Source: Gammaproteobacteria bacterium
Lineage (GTDB): Bacteria; Pseudomonadota; Gammaproteobacteria; JBIOEC01
DNA: 64,000 nucleotides
NCBI GenBank assembly: GCA_965279305.1
Contig: OZ257143.1
Span: 1,477,994 to 1,541,993 of the forward strand
Direction: 5' to 3'
The notes under the pieces: generated by a model
Databases searched by the model: none
What the model was told of the DNA's origin: nothing
What the model saw: the letters and a program-made list of their open reading frames with translations, nothing else
Part shown: positions 10,134 to 19,013 of the stretch, piece by piece
Numbering within the stretch: the first letter of the stretch is position 1
Layout: each line of letters starts with the position of its first letter
Position numbers and translations under genes: made by a program

Positions 10134-10471
10134 TATCTGTTGTAATGCACAATTTTAGTTGGTAAAGTAAGCTTGTGTATAAGTTCCAAAAATTCGGATT
10201 ATGATATTGAATCATTCAAGTTATTGTACGGACCATGTGAGTTTCTGACTAAGTGTTCGCTATCCTTAAGGTGATATAGGATGGTATGAAAAAGAGTTGC
10301 TTAAGCACTGAGAAGCAAGCAAGATTACTGGTGAGATATATATTAGTGGTACTTTTTTTGTCATATGCTAGATTAAGGTGTACCTATGACAAGAGAAAGA
10401 AGAAGCTCTATGCGGGTTACGGGATAAGTGAAGCAGCAAATGATGATTGGGCGACAGAATAAGAGTCACTA

Positions 10472-11530
10472 TTGACACAATCGAAGGTATTATTGATGAC
10501 AAATTCAACTTCTTTTGGGATAAGTGCATTTGGATATTCATTTGGCGAAAAACAAAATGTGGAAGAAACTGCATGCAATTTTGTTTCTGATCCGGAAAGA
10601 GTTTTTAAATGGGATTGTCAAACCTACTATCGTTCACCCCCTGATCGATTTGCCCTTGATCTGGCAACTGATGCGGCACGTGAAGCTATAAGTAAAGCAA
10701 ATATCGACCCTAATAGTATAGATTTAGTAGCATTTGCTTCAGCAGAAATAGCAGAATATTTATACTGGGATTCCTCAGTTGCACTTGCACGTGCACTGGG
10801 CATTGAAAGAACGCAAACAATGCTACTAAATAATGAAGGTTGCAGTGCAGGGATAAGAATCTTTGGAGCCATTGCAGGAGTCTTTGCAACGCAACCGGAA
10901 ATTCAAACTGTTTTAGTAGTAATAGTTAACCGTGTGAGTGAATATCACAGGAATCGTATGAAGGTTGTTAATTGCATACTAAGCGACGGAGCTGTAACTG
11001 CCGTTTTACAACGTGGCCATCCTCATAATCAATATTTGGCTTCAGACCATTTCGTCTATCCAGAATTTTGCGATTTTTTTCGAATGGATTATGGTGGAAC
11101 AAAAGCCCCCATTACTCCTGCAGGTTGGACTTGCCATGATGAGCATGGTTACGATAAAATATATGAACACTTTGGTGATGATATAGAGAGAATGCAAAAC
11201 TTTTTAACAGTACAGCGTAATGAACGGTTAGCAGAGGTGGTTCAACGTTCTTGTGCACGTGCTAATATATCTAAAGATGATATTTCACATTTCTTTTATG
11301 TTGCTGATTCTCGCCCAGGAGCTATTGCAGAAATTGTAAAACCTTTTGGAATTCCTATCGAAAACACTAACCTTGAATTAGCAAGAATGTATGGGCATAT
11401 GGGGGCTGCTGATCAATTTTTTTCTTTAGGAAAATTTATAGAAAGTAGACATATGGGACCGGGAGATATAGCCGCCATGGCGGGTATTTCATCCGGAATT
11501 CAATGGTGTTCCACTTTGTTTAGAGTATAA
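10472..11530 (+). CDS. FabH-like (KAS III family) thiolase-fold protein with non-canonical catalytic residues
   Basis: It aligns to FabH along its length: EGCSAG to AACAGF (catalytic Cys), SDGAVTAVL to GDGAGAAVL, and the C-terminal GISSGIQWCSTLFRV to GGGFTWGSALVRF. The canonical His and Asn positions appear substituted (YVADS and YGHMG). Confidence 0.65.
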   Translation: MTQSKVLLMTNSTSFGISAFGYSFGEKQNVEETACNFVSDPERVFKWDCQTYYRSPPDRFALDLATDAAREAISKANIDPNSIDLVAFASAEIAEYLYWDSSVALARALGIERTQTMLLNNEGCSAGIRIFGAIAGVFATQPEIQTVLVVIVNRVSEYHRNRMKVVNCILSDGAVTAVLQRGHPHNQYLASDHFVYPEFCDFFRMDYGGTKAPITPAGWTCHDEHGYDKIYEHFGDDIERMQNFLTVQRNERLAEVVQRSCARANISKDDISHFFYVADSRPGAIAEIVKPFGIPIENTNLELARMYGHMGAADQFFSLGKFIESRHMGPGDIAAMAGISSGIQWCSTLFRV

Positions 11531-11534
11531 TCTG

Positions 11535-14500
11535 ATGAATGAAACTATTTTCCAAGCATTTGAAGAACAAGTTAAAAAAACACCTGATTCTATTGCACTT
11601 CTTTTTAAAGAAGAAAAACTTAGCTATAAAGAATTAAATGAAAAATCTAATCAAGTCGCTAGATCCCTGCGTAATCTCTACAAAAAAAATATAGGATTCG
11701 ACCTTAAACCGGATACTCTTATTGGCATTTGTGTTGAACGTAGTTTAGACACCGTTATTGGAATATTAGGAATATTAAAAGCGGGTGGTGCATATGTGCC
11801 AATTGATATTGCCTATCCAGAAGGACGAATCCAATTTTTATTAGAAGATACTAAAAGCCCTTTTATCGTGACGCGGAGGCATTTGCAAGAGAAATTAAAT
11901 AAAATCCATAACAACACATTGCATCAGTTTTTCTTAGACGATCTTTCTTATGATAATGAAAGCAAAGATAATTTAAGTATTATACTAGAACCCAATCATT
12001 TGGCCTACATTATATATACATCAGGAACTACCGGAAAACCAAAAGGTGTTATGCAGACTCATCATAATGTTATGCGCCTATTTACGGCAACACAGGATGT
12101 ATTTGAATTTAACGAAACAGATGTATGGACATTATTCCATTCCTATGTATTTGATTTTACGGTGTGGGAGTTATTGGGTGCTTTAATATATGGTGGAAAA
12201 CTGGTAATACCCAGTCTTGATGAGGTTAAAGATACAAGTAAGTTTTATGATTTATGCGAAAAACATAAGGTTACTGTGTTAAATCAAACACCATTAGTCT
12301 TTTATCAATTTATTGAGGAAGCAATTAATCGTAAAGAAAAACTGAATAGTTTAAGATGCATAATTTTTGGTGGAGATTATCTTAATATTTCTCAATTGAA
12401 ACCTTGGTGGAATCAGTATGGTTTTCTAAAACCTAAATTAATTAATATGTATGGAATTACTGAAACAACGGTATTTGTTACACATAAAATCCTCACTGAA
12501 GCGGATATAAATAAAGGTTCTATCATTGGCACTGTAATTAAAGATCAAAAAGCTTATGTTTTGGATGAGAATTTAAAACCCGTACCCGTCGGAGTTGTTG
12601 GAGAATTATATGTGGGTGGTGCTGGTCTTGCCAGAGGATATTTGAATAGAGAAGAAGTAACACAGGAAAGTTTTATTATCAATCCTTATGCCACAAATGA
12701 AGATCTATTGAAAGGCTATAACCGTATTTATAAAACGGGAGATTTAGTCAAATGGTCTACAAATGGGGATTTAGAATATATCGGCCGTAATGATAAACAA
12801 GTTAAACTACGCGGCTTTCGAATAGAACTGTTAGAAATTGAAAGTATTTTAAACACTTTTACTGGAATAAAACAAAGCACGGTATTGTTAGATAAGAAAA
12901 GCAACAATCCATATTTAATAGGTTACTATCGTTCAGAAGCAAAAATAGATGAGGAAATATTACGATCACATTTAGCTAAACATCTACCGGATTATATGGT
13001 CCCCAACGTTTTAGTCCATTTAAACAAGTTTCCCATTACTATCAATGGAAAATTGGATGTAAACGCATTACCTTGTCCCAATTTTAATTCTACTCAATCT
13101 TCCATAACACTCAAAAATGAGATTGAAAAGGATGTGGCTGCAATTTGGTCGGAAATTTTAGGAATTGATATAATTGGCACAAATGAAGATTTCTTCAGAA
13201 TTGGAGGTGACTCAATTGTAAGTATAAAACTAGTCCTAAAATTGAGAAATAAAGGGTATCATTGTAATGTAAAAAATATATTTGAAAATAGAACCATTGA
13301 AAGCCTAAGCCACTTTTTGAAATCATCTGATATACAATCTAATAAAATTGAAGCAGAACAAGGGTTGTTAACTGGCGAGGTTGATTTATTACCGATTCAA
13401 CAATGGTTTTTTAAAAACAAATTTGATAAGCAGAATCATTGGAATCAATCTTTTTTAATCAAGGTTCCATTATTGGATGTTAATAAATTAAATCATGTCC
13501 TTGAGAAATTAATTGAGCATCATGATGTGTTACGGTTGGTTTTCAAAAAGACAACAAATTTTTATAAACAATTTTATTTGAAAGAAATTAAAATTCCTCT
13601 CATTAATACCTTGGATAGATCTGAACTCTCTGATCAACAACTAATTAATATATTTACCAAATGGCAAAGTGATTTTGATATAGAGAATGGTCCTTTATGG
13701 AAGATAGGCTATGTTACTGGTTATAAAGATAATACCGCTCGGATATATTTTGCCTTGCATCATCTTATTATAGATTCTGTTTCATGGAGAATTTTGATTG
13801 ATCATTTGAAATGTTTGTATGAAAGTAAGGAATTACCCCCAAAAACCAGCAGCTACCGTCAATGGGTGAGGGCTGTGCAACATTATGCGACTTCGAATAA
13901 TCAACAATTAAGTTATTGGGAACAACATTACATCCCTCAAGTACTAGAAGATGATTTTAAATTTCTTAATGAAAATACCGCACATAATATTAAAAATATT
14001 AATCTTGTCACATTAAATGAAAGTTTGACGAAAATTTTATTAAGGAAAGCCAACAAAGCCTATCATACCGAAATTAATCACTTGTTACTCACTGCCTTAG
14101 GATGTGCACTAAGGGATTTAACGAATAAAAGTGAACATATTATTCGTCTTGAAGGGCATGGTCGTGAAAAAATCAATGAAATTATAGATGTTAGTCAAAC
14201 TGTCGGCTGGTTTACAATACTTTATCCTGTCAAGCTTATGGTGAATGACTCATTAGAAAAGTCTATTCTATCTATCAAAGAAATTTTAAAAAGTATTCCT
14301 GACAATGGAATTGGATACAGTGCACTTAAATATGCAAATAGCGAAAATTCTCTTTGTAAACATTGTCCATCGGGAATTAGCTTTAATTACTTGGGCCAGT
14401 TTGATACAGAAACCAGTTTGTGGCAAATTGCCGCAGAAAACTCTGGAAATAATTACGGTGCTAATGCTGATGGAAATCTACTAACGATCACAGGCTGGGT

Positions 14501-14648
14501 TATTGATGGTAAATTAGAATTTGAAATCGTAAGTTGTATGAACGCAATCAAGAGTGAACAATTTTCAAAATTCTTTCAGTCTATTTTAGAAGAAATAATA
14601 GTACATTGCGCAGATTTAGTTAGTAGCGACAAAAAGGCGTTAGTTTAA
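11535..14648 (+). CDS. Non-ribosomal peptide synthetase, single A-T-E module (adenylation, peptidyl carrier, epimerization)
   Basis: A-domain cores are present: A3 LAYIIYTSGTTGKPKGV, A4 FDFTVWE, A5 NMYGITETT, A7 YKTGD, A8 GRNDKQVKLRGFRIELLEIE and A10 NGKLD. The carrier domain has FFRIGGDSIVSIKL, the GGDSI type that precedes E domains. The epimerization cores E1 PIQQWF, E2 HHLIIDSVSWRIL, E4 EGHGRE, E5 QTVGWFTILYP, E6 GIGYSAL and E7 FNYLGQFD are all present. No condensation or thioesterase domain is seen. Confidence 0.9.
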   Translation: MNETIFQAFEEQVKKTPDSIALLFKEEKLSYKELNEKSNQVARSLRNLYKKNIGFDLKPDTLIGICVERSLDTVIGILGILKAGGAYVPIDIAYPEGRIQFLLEDTKSPFIVTRRHLQEKLNKIHNNTLHQFFLDDLSYDNESKDNLSIILEPNHLAYIIYTSGTTGKPKGVMQTHHNVMRLFTATQDVFEFNETDVWTLFHSYVFDFTVWELLGALIYGGKLVIPSLDEVKDTSKFYDLCEKHKVTVLNQTPLVFYQFIEEAINRKEKLNSLRCIIFGGDYLNISQLKPWWNQYGFLKPKLINMYGITETTVFVTHKILTEADINKGSIIGTVIKDQKAYVLDENLKPVPVGVVGELYVGGAGLARGYLNREEVTQESFIINPYATNEDLLKGYNRIYKTGDLVKWSTNGDLEYIGRNDKQVKLRGFRIELLEIESILNTFTGIKQSTVLLDKKSNNPYLIGYYRSEAKIDEEILRSHLAKHLPDYMVPNVLVHLNKFPITINGKLDVNALPCPNFNSTQSSITLKNEIEKDVAAIWSEILGIDIIGTNEDFFRIGGDSIVSIKLVLKLRNKGYHCNVKNIFENRTIESLSHFLKSSDIQSNKIEAEQGLLTGEVDLLPIQQWFFKNKFDKQNHWNQSFLIKVPLLDVNKLNHVLEKLIEHHDVLRLVFKKTTNFYKQFYLKEIKIPLINTLDRSELSDQQLINIFTKWQSDFDIENGPLWKIGYVTGYKDNTARIYFALHHLIIDSVSWRILIDHLKCLYESKELPPKTSSYRQWVRAVQHYATSNNQQLSYWEQHYIPQVLEDDFKFLNENTAHNIKNINLVTLNESLTKILLRKANKAYHTEINHLLLTALGCALRDLTNKSEHIIRLEGHGREKINEIIDVSQTVGWFTILYPVKLMVNDSLEKSILSIKEILKSIPDNGIGYSALKYANSENSLCKHCPSGISFNYLGQFDTETSLWQIAAENSGNNYGANADGNLLTITGWVIDGKLEFEIVSCMNAIKSEQFSKFFQSILEEIIVHCADLVSSDKKALV

Positions 14649-15719
14649 CTTTCTTTCTTGTGCGATTTTTCTAAAATTTTCAAGAGCTTCAGCAGCAGTT
14701 AATTCTTGGCCTTGTAAAACATCGTTAGCGGGTATAATTTTATAGCGCATATTTTCTGGTATTGAATATTTTGTTGGCAAATACAATTGATCTAGCCCTA
14801 TACCAAAAGCACAATTTTCTTGCCCTAAAACTCGAAAATAATGCCTTAATCGATTAGATTCATCTTTAATAATAAATTTTTTCATTTCTGGATCATGACA
14901 TCCATATGTCAAATAATACTCCACATTGTTATTTTCCATTTTACGAACAATATCAACTAAATTGTTATAAAGAACTTCTCCCGGATAAAGCTCCCTATAC
15001 ATTCCTGAATTTCCTGAACGTGCTCTTGCAGTTTCAGGGTAAGGTGGGTTCATTACAACAAAGTCGCCCGTTTGGAGATCAGATAATGCATGCAAAAAAT
15101 CACCACTTTTTAAAATAACATTATTTTTGTTCAAAAGATTTGAGGTTCTATCAACCTCTTCAAAAAAAACTTCTAATGATAGAGAGGCTTCATCAAGGTA
15201 ACGTTGTATTGTTTTTCCTTTTATATTAACTTCTCTATAAACAATATTACCTTGATCATCATGAAGAAGTATCCCACCCCAAGAATGATTAATAATAAAG
15301 GGTAATAATAATGATTTTTCATCCAAATTTGCTTGATTATAATCACTAATTATTTTTAAAAAAAATTCTTTTTTGGTATCTGAGTGGTCATATTCGCGTA
15401 TCAATGATTCATACTTTGATTTTACTCTCTTTGGTGCTTCTTTGATTAGGCATAGAGTATTAATGAGTGCTTCATCACTATCATTAATGATATATTGGTC
15501 TGCTAGACCTAGTTCCATCGCTGCTAAACTCCATGAGGCACTTCCAGAAAGCGGATCAAAACAACGTTTAAATTTTTTGCCTTGCGAATTTGCTATAATG
15601 ACTGCAAAATGATCATCAAGTAAGTTCTTGTCAATTTCCATCCGACCAGAGTGCATGGGTAGTGTTAGGTTTCTATTTCCAAGATAATGTAAGAGTCCGC
15701 CTTTATTTTTTGATAGCAT
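14640..15719 (-). CDS. Dam-family (D12 class, alpha-type) DNA N6-adenine methyltransferase, apparently orphan
   Basis: Motif I CFDPLSGSASWSLAA matches Dam EPFVGAGSVFLNT. YIINDSDEALINTLCLIK matches Dam YILADINSDLISLYNIVK. Motif IV is VVMNPPYPET (DPPY/NPPY). No restriction endonuclease gene is adjacent. Its stop overlaps the NRPS stop by 9 bp, convergently. Confidence 0.8.
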   Translation of the reverse strand: MLSKNKGGLLHYLGNRNLTLPMHSGRMEIDKNLLDDHFAVIIANSQGKKFKRCFDPLSGSASWSLAAMELGLADQYIINDSDEALINTLCLIKEAPKRVKSKYESLIREYDHSDTKKEFFLKIISDYNQANLDEKSLLLPFIINHSWGGILLHDDQGNIVYREVNIKGKTIQRYLDEASLSLEVFFEEVDRTSNLLNKNNVILKSGDFLHALSDLQTGDFVVMNPPYPETARARSGNSGMYRELYPGEVLYNNLVDIVRKMENNNVEYYLTYGCHDPEMKKFIIKDESNRLRHYFRVLGQENCAFGIGLDQLYLPTKYSIPENMRYKIIPANDVLQGQELTAAEALENFRKIAQERKLN

Positions 15720-16023
15720 AGTTTAAACTTCTTAAATATATTGTCATTTAAAATTTTGAATTAAGATTATCATAAATTATAGCTAGTTTCAAGAATTTTA
15801 ATGATACATAGCAATGGATATTGGCTCACATCAATCTTGGCAAATCTCGCAGGCATCTTTCACGAAATAACTACTTGGCACTTGTAAAAGAGGCAGGTAC
15901 TATGGGTGCAAATACGTGCGAAAAGTTAATCATCGCATGAATTAATGGACGTAGGTGAAAGAATGACAGTACATAATGAAATTGTAGTGAAAGCAGTTGC
16001 TAAAATTATGAAAAAAAATAAAA

Positions 16024-17655
16024 ATGTCAAATGACCTGATTTATCTAAAAGAAGACGCTTATTTCGAACCTTTGATAAATCACTGGTTTGCGTGGTCTTA
16101 TCTTATTCCACCGGTTCAGGCTTCACGCTATATCACTAACACTCATAAAAGGATCATGTCTTCCTTCGTTGAAGACACGCAAGTGCACATCTTTGGGTCA
16201 AAAGAACCAGCACTCGCAGGCGGTGACTTTCTCAACGCTCGTGACGATCAGGTGAAAGACATCAAAGCATTGCTGGCGGAGTTCGATGAAAAGCATGCCG
16301 ATGTAGTTAAGCTTTCTGAAGCAGTACAGGAGCTCGACGAGATGATCCGCGCACATATCAGCGGCGAGTCTATTGAATATATGTATGAAAAAGTTCCTCT
16401 GCCGCTCAAAGGCTTCGTCGAAATCGGTATGGATATGAACCACAACCCCTGTTATCGTTTGCTGGAGCATTTGCTTTACAACTCAGAGCATTATCGCAAA
16501 TCACTACAAAGTATCTACTTCGGTTTACTTTCCAAGATCGAAGAGCGTCCTTTCTGTTTTTCGACACCGCGTTTGGCCGATGAGAACCACATTCAATTGG
16601 CGATGGATTTCTGTGCACCAGAGGTAGATATTTTAGTCAAGTCGCGCACTGAAGGCGTACCGTGCGAGATGGTGAATGATATATTTGCGCGCTTCGAGAC
16701 TCGCGGCGGCCTTGATTATCGCGAATTGTTCACTACTGAGCCGCCGTCAAGACGCCGTGAGCCGGTGAGCGATGACAGCTTGAAATTGACTTTCCTCGGT
16801 CATGCCTCGTTTATGATAGAAACCAAAGATATCAATATTTTAATTGATCCGGTAATTCCCATTAGAGGCAAAAAATATGCCGATGACGTGATTAGCTATT
16901 CTGAGCTACCCAAGAAAATCAACTATATTTGCATTACCCACAATCACCATGACCACTATAACCTTGAAACCTTGCTACAGTTGCGCCATAAAACGGACAA
17001 GCTGGTTCTACCCATCAACAATGGTGGAACATTGCCGGATCCGTCGATGAAGCTGATAGCCAAACAATTGGGCTTTAAAGTAATTGAGGTGGACGACTTT
17101 GATGAAATCGAGATCCCAGATGGCAAGATAACGGCGATCCCATTTCTTGGCGAACACGGCGACCTCAATGTGCGTTCAAAAACCGTGTGGCTTATAGAAC
17201 TCAAAGGTAAGAAATACTTCTTCGGCGCCGATGCCACCAACTATAATCCGCAAATGTACCGTCATGTCCAAAAGTTGGTTGGGGATGTCGATGTATTGGC
17301 TATCGGAATGGAATGTGTCGGAGCTCCCTATTCTTGGCTCTATGGTGCACTTAACACTAGGGACGTCAGTAAAAACATCACAAATTCACGTCGTCTGAAC
17401 GGCTCCAATGCCGATCAGGCTTATCATATGGCAGATACTTTCAATGCTAAACAAGTTTATCTTTATGCAATGGGCATGGAACCTTGGTACAAGTACTTTA
17501 TGGGCTTAGTTTATAACGAGAACTCACAGCAAATAATTGAGTCAGATAAGATGATTAAGCGCTGTGAAAATAAAGGAATACCATGTCAACGCTTAGCTCT
17601 TAACTGCTACATTCTGACAGATTTAGGTAGTAGCCACAAAATGGCGCCAGTTTAA
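16024..17655 (+). CDS. Metallo-beta-lactamase-fold protein, 543 aa, with a roughly 255-aa N-terminal domain; possible CmlA-like non-heme diiron beta-hydroxylase
   Basis: The C-terminal half has KLTFLGHASFMIE...ILIDP and the ITHNHHDHY (HxHxDH) metal-binding motif. The size and domain order (helical N-domain then MBL fold) resemble CmlA-type beta-hydroxylases that act on carrier-tethered amino acids. It sits next to the NRPS. Confidence 0.6.
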   Translation: MSNDLIYLKEDAYFEPLINHWFAWSYLIPPVQASRYITNTHKRIMSSFVEDTQVHIFGSKEPALAGGDFLNARDDQVKDIKALLAEFDEKHADVVKLSEAVQELDEMIRAHISGESIEYMYEKVPLPLKGFVEIGMDMNHNPCYRLLEHLLYNSEHYRKSLQSIYFGLLSKIEERPFCFSTPRLADENHIQLAMDFCAPEVDILVKSRTEGVPCEMVNDIFARFETRGGLDYRELFTTEPPSRRREPVSDDSLKLTFLGHASFMIETKDINILIDPVIPIRGKKYADDVISYSELPKKINYICITHNHHDHYNLETLLQLRHKTDKLVLPINNGGTLPDPSMKLIAKQLGFKVIEVDDFDEIEIPDGKITAIPFLGEHGDLNVRSKTVWLIELKGKKYFFGADATNYNPQMYRHVQKLVGDVDVLAIGMECVGAPYSWLYGALNTRDVSKNITNSRRLNGSNADQAYHMADTFNAKQVYLYAMGMEPWYKYFMGLVYNENSQQIIESDKMIKRCENKGIPCQRLALNCYILTDLGSSHKMAPV

Positions 17656-17834
17656 CTCCTTCACAAAAAGTGCTTGTGCGCTAATTATAACGTCACTAAC
17701 TTATATATGCCAAGATGAGGAAGGGGTAACTTTGCACACGTAGTACTTGGAATGGCGAGGAGCGGTGATTTAGGTGAGTTAGAAGGGCTGGTTATGGTAA
17801 TTATCTATACAATCCGGGGCCATTAGGAATTTCC

Positions 17835-18683
17835 TTATAAAATAGTACATTTGATTCCATTATTATCAGTCACCGGCGCATGTACTGTTACTGTTCCAGG
17901 TTGCGTATTGACATCAACTCTACCTGTTACTGCGCCAGGCTCTACAGTAAATGTAGGATTTATCGCATTAGGTTCAATACGAGCAGCAGCGAGTGCAATC
18001 CCATTTCTACTTAAACCAACAGATAAACCCGAAGTTACTTCTTTTAGCATGTTGCTGAATGAAACTACTATTTGATAGAAAGAAATCCCCAATTTATTTA
18101 TTAATGAGTTAATTGAAAAAGCTATCATTAATAAAGCTGCTATTTGATATTTGTAATCAGTAGGATCAGTTCTATAGTGAATGACTATTCCTATAAAGGC
18201 AATAGCTACGGCCATTCCAATGCTCGGTTGTCTTTGAAAAAAATTTACTGTATTTAGATTTGCAGGAGTCGGTGCTGCTAAGCGGGCTTGAAGTCCATCT
18301 ATAAGATGCTGAGCATTACTTAATTCTCTTTCTCGCTGAAGATCATCTCTTATCCGGGCCGTCAAATAAGCACGACCGGGATCCCAATCTTGAATAAACC
18401 TAGCTAAATCAGAATTTCCATATTGGTTCGCTATATCTACTGCCAGGCAATTATAAGTTGCAGTCCTTATTGTACGATCTGCTCCATTTTCTAGTAGTAT
18501 AGTTGCAGCCTCTCGGAATCCTCTCCAGCCACAATATATCAAAGCGCTAGGCTCATTTAAGCCACCGCTAGGGGGTAATCTAACATTAATATTTGCTCCT
18601 CTATCCAGACAGTCTAATATTTTTCGAGGATCATTTTTGGTAACTGCATCAAAAAATTCAGCATCAATAGGACTTAATGGCAT
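17835..18683 (-). CDS. Ankyrin-repeat protein with a central hydrophobic segment and C-terminal CaaX box (CTIL); effector candidate
   Basis: It has ANK repeats (GANINVRLPPSGGLNEPSALIYCGWRGFREAATILLENGADRT), a transmembrane-like stretch (AVAIAFIGIVIHY...IAALLMIAFSI), and its last four residues are C-T-I-L. Confidence 0.7.
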   Translation of the reverse strand: MPLSPIDAEFFDAVTKNDPRKILDCLDRGANINVRLPPSGGLNEPSALIYCGWRGFREAATILLENGADRTIRTATYNCLAVDIANQYGNSDLARFIQDWDPGRAYLTARIRDDLQRERELSNAQHLIDGLQARLAAPTPANLNTVNFFQRQPSIGMAVAIAFIGIVIHYRTDPTDYKYQIAALLMIAFSINSLINKLGISFYQIVVSFSNMLKEVTSGLSVGLSRNGIALAAARIEPNAINPTFTVEPGAVTGRVDVNTQPGTVTVHAPVTDNNGIKCTIL

Positions 18684-19013
18684 AAAATTTCCACCCTTAT
18701 AAAGGTTAGGTCTCTTAATCGTAGCCTAAGTTTTAGTAAATGACAAGAAAAAAAGCATTTTAGAGTAGTGCCAGACATCTAAGTCAACTCTCATATGAAT
18801 TTTATCCTAACATATGCATTCTTGAGAAATATTTATCCCATTTTGTTTCAACAAATCCCAATAAACTTTGGGCATTTAGAATTTTGAAACAAAATACCCG
18901 CAATGGCATTAACATACACTCTTGGCTCATATCTCTCTTGATGCCTTATATTTGCAAATGTTATGCTTTCAAATTCATCATACCAACATGTTTACTAATA
19001 AAAAGGTGATGCT

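Noticed and set aside
16198-17240. Cluster of antisense ORFs (90, 65, 70 and 94 aa) inside the MBL-fold gene
   Set aside because: They are a by-product of the locally elevated GC (fewer stop codons) in this segment. They have no motifs and overlap a strongly supported sense ORF.
6565-17700. Classical integrative genomic island at tRNA-fMet
   Set aside because: No integrase, recombinase or transposase ORF and no obvious direct repeat of the tRNA 3' end were found by eye. It is retained only as a low-confidence hypothesis in the findings.
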